From: Felis catus
Taxonomy: Eukaryota
Reading direction: 5' to 3'
Assembly: GCF_018350175.1 (NCBI RefSeq)
Contig: NC_058368.1
Location: 26,414,001 to 26,478,000 of the forward strand
Length of the DNA stretch: 64,000 nt
The notes beneath the pieces are model-generated. The model searched no databases. It was not told the DNA's origin and saw only the letters and a program-made list of their open reading frames with translations. A program made the translations under genes and the position numbers. The number at the start of each line of letters is the position of its first letter. Within the stretch, counting starts at the first letter, position 1. Shown here in pieces: positions 12,611 to 24,650 of the stretch.

Positions 12611-15600
12611 GATTTCTGGATTTAAAGAGTGTAACTTTTTAATGGGGAATTATTGAAAGATCTAAATTTTTAAAAATGATAATATTGCTAAGCTTCATTA
12701 TTTTTGGCAAGACATATTTGTATTTAGTAGACTGCTCTAAACAATTTAGAGAAAGAGGGCTTATATTTATGAACAATCCTTGCCTTTCATAAACCGTTAG
12801 CTCCTTCATGGCATAGACCACAGCTGTTCATCACGGTGACCCCATAAGCTGTCATGGTGACAAACAGTAGGTGTTCAGTGAATACGGAATGAAAGAATAG
12901 TGGAAAACTGAGAAGATTTGGGGGATTTGGGTATTAATTGCAATTAATAACTATTCAGTATTTTATGTAGTTGGTATTTCATTCATTCAGAGTACCTGTC
13001 AACTTGTGCTAGGTACACAAAACAGGTTCATACTCCGAGTTGTGACCCTGGGGTCTAAAACAGATAACGATGTAGGCCCTCATTTAATTGCATTTGCTAT
13101 TTGTTTTTGATCTAAGTGAAAATTTAAATTACCATTTTAAAGAACAGTCATGTTTTCCTGATCCAATTCACTCATTCCTCTTAATAGTTATTTATTTTTT
13201 AATCTCTGTCAGGTCTGATTTAAAGAAAAGTCCAGCCCTTTCAATAACTGCATCACAAAGTTACTTGAAAGGAGCTTGGTGAATTATCAGGAATGCTATT
13301 GGCTTTTCTGAATGTCAGCACATTAAACTCAGGATCCCAGCTTCTGGAAACCTGTCACATCTGATATACTTTAAAAGGATTTTGCAAAGAGCTCATTGGC
13401 AGTGATAGGTATGGATTAGTAAACCATCTGCAGAAGGTCCAGATGTTTGCACGGAGCTGTTTTCACAGAAACCATAGCAGCTTTTTAATTGTACAACATC
13501 CCTGCATGATTTTGTACGTGGAGGGCTCTGGGCCGCACTGGTTTCCTCGGCTTCATCTGGGTGGAAAACCAGGCAGGGTCTGCCCTCGAGTAGTTAAGTA
13601 TCAAAGTGAAATCTGAACCAAGATTAGGAAACAGGGACTAGGAAGAGGAAGCTTTGAAGGGAAGCCCTATTTGGGTCACCGTGGCAGCATCTAGAACCGC
13701 CATGTCACTGGGAAGTACCAGCCTAGGGCTACAGGCATGGTCCCTCTCCCACACCCACATACACACCCATTTCATCTGGGAACACAAATCAAGAAAAAGC
13801 TAGTCTGTGGGAGAAAAGGAAGTGATTCAGAGCATTTGGCAATCATCATCAGCACTAAGCTGATTCTCAGGAATTCCTCTTAGCGAGATATTGGGTGTGT
13901 GGTTTAAGCTGCCCTTTGACTCCAGAGCCCTTTGTCCAAGTGTGACAAAATACTAGCAAAGAGGGACTAGAGAGCTGTGCCACCACCCTCGGGTCAGGCC
14001 CGGGGGATGGTGTGAATTCTTTCTGACAGTCAGGCAGAGAATTCTATTGTCCAGTTTTCAAGGCGATTTACAGGGCTTAAATTAGTCAATCCCCACGCCA
14101 CTATGGGGAGAGAGGTCAATGTTATTATTATTCCAGGTTTACAGCTGAGACACTAGCACACAGATGGCGACCCTACAGGATTTCTCTACAGGAGGGTCTC
14201 AGGGGCAACAATCTGGTCTGAGGGGGTGGGGTGGGCAGTGGTAGGAATGTGTCCTGAAGTCGTGTTTGCAAAACATTTTATACACAACTGAGAAAACCCC
14301 AAACGTGCCCAACTACCCTGGTACCGTCTCTTTGGTGCTCCCATAGCCCACAGTGACAGCTGACTGCCGGGGGGGCGGTGGGGGGATGTTCCCACGGGCA
14401 TACCAATGGTGGCAGTGGGTCAGGGTTCAGGTCGCCCAGTCTCCCCGCTCTTTGTCAGAGCTCCTCATTTGACAGTCCACGATCCCCCCTCCTACATGCA
14501 CTCATGGGACTTTGGGGTTGAAAGGGACCTGGGGATTATCCAGCCCAACTTCCCACTTAAACGGGGTGCAGAGCAAAAGTCAAAAGGAGGAAAATTCATC
14601 ATGATCGTGCTTGGTAACCGAGACTGGTAATTTTCATATGCAAAAACTGTACCCAAAGAATCTGAGCACGTGGGGTCCATTTTCTGTTCGTTTCGATAAT
14701 ATGTAGTGCACGTAGTTAAAATAAATCACCTCATCTGAACACGGTAGTCATTATTCTGTAGTAAAAGTCATAAACACGGTTTGGCAATTAAAGGAACAAA
14801 GTCCAGAAGGAAGAAAATGTGACTGGTCGACTGAGGGCTTTGTAGCTCCTTTGTCCTGGAGGAACAAACATACGTTTCTTTCAGGTTAATGGTGGTTAAT
14901 GTTAGCGTTACTGTTTTAATACTAAAAGTTCACCACTTTACTGGCAAGCCTGGTTCTCCAGAAAAGTCCCAGGGTTGTTTCCATCTACACATCTTCCCCG
15001 GTCACCCAGTGTCTTGGTGCCCCTTTTATGCGTTATCTTTTGTCGTCATTGATATTCGTATCCATGTGATATGTATCCACATGGTTCCTATTTGCACGAT
15101 CTGTTCTCTGGTCACCTTCCCTACGGTGCTTTTCACAGCGCTCTGCACAGTCAACGTTTCAAAGGCACTGACGTTCAGGCAGCGAGTGCACTTCACATGG
15201 GCAAAGCTGGCCTGCATTAAAAATAGCCTGTGGGTGCATCCCACGTTTTGACTCTATGCAATGGCGGGGGGGGGGGGGGGGGGGCGAGTGTTTATACTGC
15301 TACCTGCCAAAAAGGTAGGCTGGACTTGCAAACAAATCATCTAGCTCATCCAGCAGCTCTCTTTGTCTGAGAGACAGGGCCCTGCTCACCTCTGTCTACA
15401 GTAAACCACAACTGACTTTTTTTAAGGGTCTCCTTGCCTCCGTGCTCATGGCTCAGGAAAGAGCTCATGGAAAGGCAAGGTCCATCTAGGTCTTTCTCCC
15501 AATGGCTAAGAGTGCCAAAGAGGCAGAGCCCGTTCACCTGCCTGTGATTCGCCCTTCCTCCTGCTGCTTCTGCCGCCGTCCCGAGATGCTCGGACCTGAG

Positions 15601-16449
15601 CGCCCATGGGAACCTCTCAGTGTGTGGCCATGTGGCTTTGTGGCCTCCGTGCCTGGCGTGGGCCACATCTTCCGGCTTTGCTCCAGTGAGAGCCAGGGAG
15701 AAGGTGTCATGTCACGACTGCTATTTTATCCTTTTCCTCCCTGCCCAAACCCGCAGAGCTTAATCAGTACCCAACAAGCTTTATTACAGACTTGGCTTTC
15801 CCAGTGACAACTTAATGAAAAGGGACCTTCAGTCCCCTTCTTGTTTCTCTCTATCCATTCCTTTGACTCGGACTCCACCCCATAGGAGCTCAACTCCGAC
15901 AAACGGTGCGGTTTGCCCTCTCCATCCCAGGGCCGGTGGAGATCTGGAAATAATTGACTCGTCCGACACTTCTCTCCAGAGCCAAGCGCGTCTAAGTCAC
16001 ATTGTGGTTTCTTCTGCTTCATTGGCTATTTGTTTTCTTAGCCCTGCAATGTGCTTCCGCTTCACCACCCCCCTCATCCTGTGTATCTTGTTTATCCAAT
16101 GTGGGCGGTTGCCAATTTAAAAGAAAGAAAATGACGGGTTAGGGCTCTGAATAGTTTAGGAGGGGGAGGAAGGGGACAGGAGGACAGAGAAAGAGGGGCT
16201 GGGCCGCTAGAAAAACTTTTGGCTGAATGGGACCTTGCCGGCAGAGATCCAGGATAGATGTCTGCAGGGTAGATTGCCTACGTGCTGCGTCATGCCCACA
16301 GTGGCCCTTTTGTGAAATACGGTTTCTTCCTTCCGCTGTCTACCAACTACCAGCTCTTTATTCGTCCTTTTCCTCAGGATTCCCTCTTTCTTTCTTGGAA
16401 CGGGTTTTCATTTTATTGTTATTTCAAGCGGCTGAGATGGTTTACCGTT

Positions 16450-16672
16450 TTTAAAAAATTGTGGTAAAATATACAGAACATAAAATGTAACTATTCCAGA
16501 AGGTACAATTCCGTGGCATTAAGGGCACTCACAATGTGATGTAACCATCACCACTGTTTCCAGAATCTTCTCATTATCCTCAGCAGAAACTCCGTACCCA
16601 CTAAACAATAACTCTCCCCAGCCTCTGGTAACTTCTAGTCTATTTCTGTTTCTATGAGTTTGGTCTATTCCA
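16450..16672 (-). mobile_element. L1M 3' UTR fragment
   Basis: TTGTGGTAAAATATACAGAACATAAAAT...CCCCAGCCTCTGGTAAC. Confidence 0.75.
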
Positions 16673-16915
16673 GGCGCCGAAATATAGTTCTGCAGTCTTA
16701 GTTTCCTTAAAGGGATAATAATTGGCTCAAACCCTCAACGCACTTCTGTTAGGTTGCTGAATGACCATCTGGCGGGCTGAGTTGTTCCTCAAATAATCCA
16801 GGAAATGATGGTGCACCTGAATTACTCATACTATGGCTCCTGGTAAACAGTTTGATTCTTCTTCATATTACGCTCTTCAAAAGCCTTACTGTCTCCCTCC
16901 CCTTCGCTCACAGTA

Positions 16916-17157
16916 TTTTATTTTACTTATTTATTTATGTATTTATTTTTTAGTGTTTATTTTTGAGAGAGAGAGAGAGAGAGACAGAGCATGAACCAGG
17001 GAGAGGCAGAGAGAGAGGGAGACGCAGAATCCAAAGCAGGCTCCAAGCTCTGAGGCGTCAGCACAGAGCCCGACCCGGGGCTCGAACTCAACGAACCTTC
17101 AGATCATGACCTGAGCCGAAGTCGGATGCTCAACTGACCGAGCCACCCAGGCGCCCC
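16916..17157 (-). mobile_element. CAN-SINE
   Basis: Full body ending CCACCCAGGCGCCCC. Confidence 0.93.
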
Positions 17158-17190
17158 TCACTTACGGCATTTTAAAAATAGTTTACTAAT

Positions 17191-17391
17191 GGCGCCTGGG
17201 TGGCGCAGTCGGTTAAGCGTCCGACTTCAGCCAGGTCACGATCTCGCTGTCTGTGAGTTCGAGCCCCGCGTCAGGCTCTGGGCTGATGGCTCGGAGCCTG
17301 GAGCCTGTTTCCGATTCTGTGTCTCCCTCTCTCTCTGCCCCTCCCCCGTTCATACTCTGTCTCTCTCTGTCCCCAAAATAAATAAACGTTG
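17191..17391 (+). mobile_element. SINEC_Fc-type SINE
   Basis: Full body; perfect TSD AAAAATAGTTTACTAA (17174-17189, 17392-17407). Confidence 0.95.
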
Positions 17392-17504
17392 AAAAATAGT
17401 TTACTAAAAACTAGTTTGTCATAAAAAGGTGGCAGTTGCCTTCGTCGCTGTTATTAGGAAAGACTCTAGATTCCAGGTTTTGGAACAAATTCTCTTTACT
17501 CCTT

Positions 17505-17735
17505 TTTTAAAACTGTGGTAAAGTATACAGAACATAAAATCTACCATTTTAATCCGTTCTGTGGCATCAAGCATGTTCGCGTTGTGCTCCAATTCACTAT
17601 TCATCTCTAGAACATCTGTATCTCCCCAAACCAATGCTCTGTTCCCATTAAAAACAACTGTCCTGTCTCCCCCTCCCCCAGCCCCTGGTAACCACCATCG
17701 TGTCTATGAATTTGCCCGTTCTGGGTGCCGCATAT
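17505..17735 (-). mobile_element. L1M 3' UTR fragment
   Basis: CTGTGGTAAAGTATACAGAACATAAAAT...CCCCAGCCCCTGGTAACCACCAT. Confidence 0.75.
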
Positions 17736-18321
17736 AATTCCCTTTAATTGACGCAAGGTCTGTAAATCCTGTTCAACAGCAGCGACGGGGATTTCGCATC
17801 AAGGGGAAAAGGATTTGTTGGACTTGGGGAGATTTACAGCTGGGTTCCTGGTTATAGATTGGCTTTTTGAGATTCCTTTACGGTGATAAGGAAACCACTT
17901 TAACAAATGCTGCCCATATTGGGTTAGTTTCTTCTTGGGAAATAGGAATCACATGGGCTATGTTTCTTCGGCTACAGGTGGGGCTTTGCCGGTTTCTAAA
18001 AGCAAAATTACTTCCTTGAGGGACTGTTGACTTAGTTAACAGTTGGAGGGTGGCCCCTTGGGCACATTCAGAGCACTTTCAAATTCCTTTGGGGTAAGAG
18101 TGTAAATAAAACTTATTCTTGTGGCAGGGGAAGGAGAGCTTCTAGAACTGGAACAGGCCGCTCAGGTAACTACCTCGACGCTGCGTTTAGAGAAGTTGTT
18201 ATTATTTTTCACTTTTTGGCAAGAGAGAGGAAGCATAGAGGAAAGGATATGAATTTGTTTTCTGCCGTCTTGGTCCCTAAAGGATCAGGATAAATGTGTG
18301 CATGTAATTAAAAATAAACAG

Positions 18322-18550
18322 GGGGCGCCTGGGTGGCGCAGTCAGTTAAGCGTCCGACTTCAGCCAGGTCACGATCTCGCGGTCCGTGAGTTCGAGCCCC
18401 GCGTCAGGCTCTGGGCTGATGGCTCAGAGCCTGGAGCCTGTTTCCGATTCTGTGTCTCCCTCTCTCTCTGCCCCTTCCCCGTTCATACTCTGTCTCTCTC
18501 TGTCCCAAAAATAAATAAATGTTGGAAAAAAAAAATTAAAAAAATAAAAT
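18322..18550 (+). mobile_element. SINEC_Fc-type SINE
   Basis: Full body; TSD AAAAATAAACAG. Confidence 0.95.
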
Positions 18551-18567
18551 AAAAATAAACAGAAGAG

Positions 18568-18783
18568 AGGCACCTGGATGGCTCAGTTGGTTAAGCGACC
18601 GACTCCTGGTTTTGGCTCAAGTTACGATCTTGCAGTTTGTGAGTTCGAGCCGGTTTTGAGCTCTGTGCTCATAGCATGGAGCCTGCTTGGGATTCTCTGT
18701 CTCCCTCTCTTTGCCCCTCCTGCACTTGCTCTCTCTCTCTCAATACATCCATCCATCCATAAACAAACAAACATTAAAAAAAT
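18568..18783 (+). mobile_element. Older CAN-SINE
   Basis: Diverged head and GAGCCTGCTTGGGATTCT body; TSD AAAAATAAACAGA(A/C)GAG. Confidence 0.9.
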
Positions 18784-19519
18784 AAAAATAAACAGACGAG
18801 CATGAGCACAGAATGATTTCTCTATGTAAACTGCTCAGGACCCATCTTCCCCCATGAGGCATTTTTTTGTGACTTCTCTGTAACAATTCAGCTGGTAACT
18901 TTTCCTTCTCCACAGTCCTCCTGCTCTTCTCCCAGACATTCAACTGGCAGTACGATTGCCTTAAAAAATTCTTTCCCTGTGTTTGAAGTCTGACTAACTT
19001 CCCAGCAAGACAGTAAGCTCATCGAGGACAAGAATCGGGTCTGCTGCAAGGTATTTAGCATTGCATCTGATCTTGGACAAGCTTTTATTAATCACCAGAC
19101 TTGGCACTTTGCCCACAGTCATCAATCACGATTTGGCAAGGTTGTTACTAGAATGGAAAATATCTTTATTCGGCTTTCTAGGCCTTTTGTCTTTCTAGCT
19201 TTTCATTCTTACACCACCCCTCTTTTCTCAACACCTGTGAGAATTCCCTCTTTTCCTTCTGTGCTGCCTGAGGCGGGAGCTCGTGAGCTTTCAAGGGCAG
19301 CGTTGGTGGAGGGAAAGAATACTGAATTTGGAATCAGAAGACATGGGTTTGAGTTCTGAAACCCTCTGTCGTGGGCCGGCTTTTGTGTTGGCCTTCTGTA
19401 AAGCTAAGCAGAACAAGAAACTTCCTCTGTCGAGGGAATACGTTGCTTTGGGGGGGGGGGTAAGCATGGGATGGATGTACAAGGGCGCTGTAATTGGTAA
19501 CGCTATGTAGGGAGGCATC

Positions 19520-19740
19520 GGCTGGTTAAGGATAATGGCTTGGGGGCCAGCTTGCCTGTGTTTGAAACTGGCTTGGCATTATTACCTTGGCCACGTCACT
19601 TAAACTCTCTGTGTCTCAGATTCCCAATCTGTGGAATGGAAATGACAATAGTGTCTGCCTCCTAGTCTTGCTCTAAGACTCCAGCAGTTAACATGTGTGC
19701 AGACGTATAGTAAGCACCATGCGAAATGATGATGATGGTA
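19520..19740 (+). mobile_element. MIR
   Basis: Core CCTTGGCCACGTCACTTAAACTCTCTGTGTCTCAGATTCCCAATCTGTGGAATGGAAATGACAATAG. Confidence 0.75.
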
Positions 19741-20089
19741 TGTAATCATAAAGAATCATTATTACTGAATGCAGATACATTCTGGTCTGAGACTCAGTTT
19801 TACAATTTGTTCTTATCCCCTCCCCCAGCACTGCCAGTCTGCAAGCTGTTTCCCCTTGGAAATTTTACCATCGCTTGAATCTCTTAGCCTGAAATGCGAT
19901 ATATACTGTTGTAATCCAAGTTCCCCTGTTCACTGCTGTTCAACTCCAGCGCTGCTACTGAAGGACGGAGCTCAGTCCCTAGCTACCCGCGTTTATACTT
20001 TCAGAGTCCTCCTCGACTCTGCTCTCCGCAAGTACTCTCCACGTCCATGCCATTAACGGGATGGGCCATTTCGAACACACTTGGGTTCA

Positions 20090-20114
20090 GTGCTCGCTTC
20101 GGCAGCACATATAC
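20090..20114 (+). pseudogene. 3'-truncated U6 snRNA retrocopy (U6 nt 1-25)
   Basis: GTGCTCGCTTCGGCAGCACATATAC is identical to the U6 5' end; flanked by perfect direct repeats GAACACACTTGGGTTCA (20073-20089, 20115-20131). Confidence 0.93.
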
Positions 20115-20325
20115 GAACACACTTGGGTTCAGTTGAAAGAGCTGGAGACAACATCTTTTGCTCTAAGAGAATAGGGATCAGGTCAGTAGGGGACATAGGA
20201 GATTCAGTTTGAAAGCACTGACGGCCGGACGCAGTTAGAAATCCTAATGGTTGTCATTCCTATTGTTTCCCCAGCTTTAGAGGCGACAACCCACCGAGTG
20301 TTGTGCTTCATGGATTATGGATCTC

Positions 20326-20540
20326 TTTCAACTTTTTTATTTATTTTTGGGACAGAGAGAGAGAGAGAGAGAGAGCATGAATGGGGAGGGGCAGAGAGAG
20401 AGGGAGACACAGAATCAGAAGCAGGCTCCAGGCTCTGAGCCATCAGCCCAGAGCCCGACGCGGGGCTCGAACTCACAGACAGCGAGATCGTGACCTGGCT
20501 GAAGTCGGACGCTTAACCGACTGCGCCACCCAGGCGCCCC
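20326..20540 (-). mobile_element. SINEC_Fc-type SINE
   Basis: Full body. Confidence 0.94.
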
Positions 20541-20909
20541 AAGGATCTCAACACTTCCTACTCTGAAGCCGGTCATCACCTCTGAGACCTGGTCAGGTCC
20601 CCCTGAACGTGTACCATACATCTCCTTTATCACATTAAATGTGGCAGAGCTTGTAGGAGTGTAGCTTGACATTCACTTGTGCGATTATTCAATTAGCAGT
20701 TGGTGTTCCCTCCGGGCTGTAGGCTCCGTGAAGACAGACACCGTATCTGCTATCACCATTTCATCCCCAGGACCAAGAAGAAGAAAGGAAAATGGTATCA
20801 ATTGACTGAATATATGAAAGCCAAAACATACTAATATTTGCAGGATTATTTCAAGAGCCACTCAACGTCTCAGGGGAATTCCAGATTCTGAATCTTCAAA
20901 CCCTACTCG

Positions 20910-21135
20910 ATTTGATTTGATTTCACTTTAAATGCATATTCATTTATTTTTGAGAGAAAGAGAGAGAGCGCGTGCACAAGTGAGTGGGGGAGGGGCAGAA
21001 AGAGAGGGAGACAGAGAAGGCTCCACACTATCAGCACAGAGCCCGACTTGGGGCTTGAACCCATGAATTGTGAGATCACGAGCTGAGCTGAAATCAAGAG
21101 ATGGACACTTAACCGACTGAGCCACACAGCGCCCC
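20910..21135 (-). mobile_element. Older CAN-SINE
   Basis: Diverged body; flanking TCAAACCC repeats. Confidence 0.88.
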
Positions 21136-21184
21136 TCAAACCCCATTTTAAAGACAAAACTTCAGGTCAAATTAAATCATATCA

Positions 21185-21380
21185 TAGTGGTTAAGGGTAT
21201 AGGCTTTGAGTTCAAATCTTGACTTTCTACTTCTGAGCTGGGCCATCGGAGGCAAGTAAGTCACTTACCTTCTTTGAACTTCAACTTCATCAGTTGTGAA
21301 ACCAGTTTCATAATACTTAATCTCCCCAAGTAAAGTATAACACTTGATGCATAATAGGCATTCGGTGAAAAGTAGTAATT
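21185..21380 (+). mobile_element. MIR
   Basis: ATAGTGGTTAAGGGTATAGGCTTTGAGTTCAAATC...GGCAAGT...CTTCATCAGTTGTGAAA. Confidence 0.65.
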
Positions 21381-22579
21381 ATTAACCAACTGTTTTGGCT
21401 GGAGTTTCCACAGCGTACAAATTAATCTTCTTGTGTCGTTCCAGCACATGAAAATAATGGGTTATTGACTAGCGATGGGCCATAAAAACAAGCTTGTTGA
21501 AAGTCAAATCACTACTTCGAAAATCTTTGGGAGCTCACTTTCCTGGTTCGAAAATAAAAAAAACACAGATGTATTCTTGATTACGTATATCCTAAGCCTA
21601 TCAGAACTGTATTTTAAAAAATCTACCACGTGAAAAACTTGATGCATGTTTATGACCGCATTTTCGAAGAGCAATTTCCATTTTGATGTGTTGTTTCACA
21701 GATTGTATTGCGAGCATTAGGCAGGATGGAAAATAAGATATCAAGTTGACATCTTGGATAGATGAAACTTCAGCTTAATGGGGCAGGGGAGTTCCCTCAG
21801 GGCTCTAAGGAAGTACACTGTGAGTTGAGCGGTAATTTCATCAGAATATGCCCGGAGACACAGGCAAATTGCCAGGCTGGGACAGGACAACAGTGAATCC
21901 GTTGGGTTTTGCTCTCGCCACACACCGTCAGATGTTTTGGAAGAAAAGACTGCGTGTGTCCATAAGTTGGAAAGAAAGAAAAAGAAAAGTAGTTCGGCTG
22001 CTGTTGCTTACGAAATAGGTTGAAAGGAGGAGCAAGAAATCTAATAAAATACTTGGCATGCGAGCCCATTATAACAGAATCTTTGTAAGTGGTTTCTCCT
22101 GGGTTGCTCTTAGAGTTGACTGGGAAGTGGCTAGATTGAGAATTGGAACATCGGGGTTCTACTCCTCGCTATCCGGTCTTCAGAAACCACTTACTTCTTG
22201 GCCTCGCTGGTCTGATTTATAAAACGAGTCGTATAATATTTATTCCCTGAATGCATGAAATTGTTGTGATGAGCCCATTAAACAAGTGAAAAAAATCTTT
22301 GAAAAATATATAGCATAATATGTGTTATTATACACATTTCCCCAGCATTTAGTCCTTATTTCCCAATGATGAAAAAGCCAGGCACTGGAAAACATCTGCC
22401 GTCTGTCCCCTGCCGCACCTGCGTCCCAGCACCTCCTGGCGTCCCTGGCAGTCAGCGTCCTCTCTGACAAGGGCAGTGTGTGCGGCCTGTCCACAGGCAG
22501 AGGCCTGAGCAAGATGGTCTCCCGGGTCTAGTCTAATCCTGGGGTCCGTCATCCCATGAATGTCGAATGTGACTCATGA

Positions 22580-22800
22580 TTTTATTTTCTTTTTTAAGTC
22601 AAATGTTTTATTTATTTCTGGAGAGAGAAAGCAAGCAGGGGAGGGGCAGAGGGACGGGGGGATGACAGAGGATCAGAAGAGGGCTCCGGGCTGACGGGCG
22701 GACAGCAGCGTGCCAGGCGCGGGGCTCCCACTCCCGGACCTCGAGATCATGACCTGAGCCGAATTCAGACGCTCAACCGACTGAGCCACCCAGGTGCCCC
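22580..22800 (-). mobile_element. CAN-SINE, GC-shifted copy
   Basis: Recognisable head CTCAACCGACTGAGCCACCCAGGTGCCCC; heavily substituted middle. Confidence 0.88.
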
Positions 22801-23748
22801 GGGATCCAAGATTTCAAAAGGAGGAACATCCGGCTGGGACACACGAGGCGCCAGTCAAACATCTTCAGCAACCTTACAGCGCAGTCGGTGGGAGGGTCGG
22901 ACTTCTCAACAGGTCAACACACGATAAAACCCAACATGGCATTATAGGCTTTGGAATCGGACAGACCTGGGTCCGGATTCCGGGATCATTATTTACCAGT
23001 TTTAAATCATTCGGCACAGTAACTTAACTGCCTCTCAGGCTCCTTATCTGTAATCACATTTTTTTCCACACATTGTCCAAATATGTCCTCATCTCTCAGA
23101 AATACTTAGCAAATCCTTCCGTTGCCTGTTAAAAAATGGGCTGGAGGGCTCGTTTACCATGGTTACTGAGCACCTAATACTTCTGTCTGTCCCAGCGGGG
23201 ATACCCCAGCAGCTGCCCTGCAAAAGATCCATAAACAGTGTTGAAATACACTGGCTGATTTTAGAGATACAACCTATCTAGGGCCAGGAGCGAACCTCAT
23301 TCTATTCCTAAGTAGGCTGGGACGACTGTTTAAAATGGGGTAAGTTCTTCTTAGCCCTTTTCTGAGGGTTGGCTATACAGATTGGGTAACAGTCCAGTCA
23401 TGTACTGATTTATCTTGATTTACACGTAGCTGCTATTTGAAACAGAAAGGTCAGGAACTACCACAATAGAAGCTAAGACCCCCATTGCGTATCACATACC
23501 TTTATGTCGTGGGCTTAAGAAATAACAAACAAAAATCACCACCAATTATAATTTTAAGATACTGGGGACTGTAAGCAGTCCCTGACTTCAGAGATTTTAA
23601 AACAGGGGAAATGAGGTGACTTAGAGTCATGGTATAGTAAGGACATGCTTTCTTCATTAATTTAGTCCCCACAACAGACACATGAGGAAGATGGGATTTT
23701 TTTCCACACTTTACAGTTTGGATGAAAAGTCAGAAACAACAGCAGGTA

Positions 23749-23971
23749 GGGGCACCTGGGTGGCTCAGGTCATGATCGCATGGTTCGTGGGTTCAAGCCC
23801 CGCATCGGGCTCGGTGCTGACAGCTCAGAGCCTGGAGGTTGCTTTGGATTTTGTGTCTCCCTCTCTCTCTCTGTCTCTCTCTCTGCCTCTCCTACTCGCT
23901 CTCTGTGTCTCTCTCTCTCAAAAATAAATAAACACTAAAAAAAAAAAAGAAAAAAGAAAAGAAAAAGAAAG
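23749..23971 (+). mobile_element. CAN-SINE with internal deletion in the head
   Basis: GGGGCACCTGGGTGGCTCAG joined directly to GTCATGATC; TSD AGAAACAACA(G/A)CAG(G/A)TAG. Confidence 0.92.
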
Positions 23972-23999
23972 AAACAACAACAGATAGAGCCAATACCCC

Positions 24000-24650
24000 G
24001 TGCCCACCAGCCGGAAGGAACGGATACACGGGTTTTATCAGAAACGTCCTAGTTCCTTCTGTCTCCTTTCCAGTCCTATTCGGGTCCCCCTTCCCTAGAT
24101 GCCACCACCACCATGAATTTAGTGCACATCTTCCAATACATGTCTTCTTTGCTTTCCCTACACACCATACCATAATAGTGTGTTTTAAAAATACTTGCAG
24201 AGAGGTGGTGACATGTTTTATTTCTCATGCGGTGACTTTCTTTGCTCGCTTCACGTCAGATTCCTAAGATGTAATTATACGAATCTAGCTCATGAATTTC
24301 CACTTTTGCCTTGTGTTCCTTAGTGTGAACCCACCACAAAACCTATCACTTCCCCTGTCTTGGGCTATCCCATAGAATGTTTTAGTAAACCTTCTTGGAC
24401 GTAGCTCCTCGTGCACCTAAGGGGCATTTCTTCTGGGGTTATGTACCTAGATTGCTGTAGCTGGGTCATAGGCTGTGTGCACCTGCAATATTATGAAATG
24501 TTCTTAAATGTTTACATTGATTTACACTCCTACTAGCCGTGTATGAGTATTCCCATTTCCCTCACATCTTCGACGACACTTGGGATTGTCAAACTTTTCA
24601 ACTCTTGCAAATCTGATGAGTGGGAAGAGGTAACTCTATGGTCTCAATTT
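24000..24650 (-). mobile_element. Old L1 (L1ME-like) fragment
   Basis: TTTACACTCCTACTAGCCGTGTATGAGTATTCCCATTTCCCTCACATCTTCGACGACACTTGGGATTGTCAAACTTTT resembles antisense L1 ORF2 end/3' UTR. Confidence 0.65.

Noticed and set aside
20090..20114. Functional U6 snRNA gene
   Set aside because: Only 25 of ~107 nt are present, no PSE/TATA is evident upstream, and it is flanked by a TSD.
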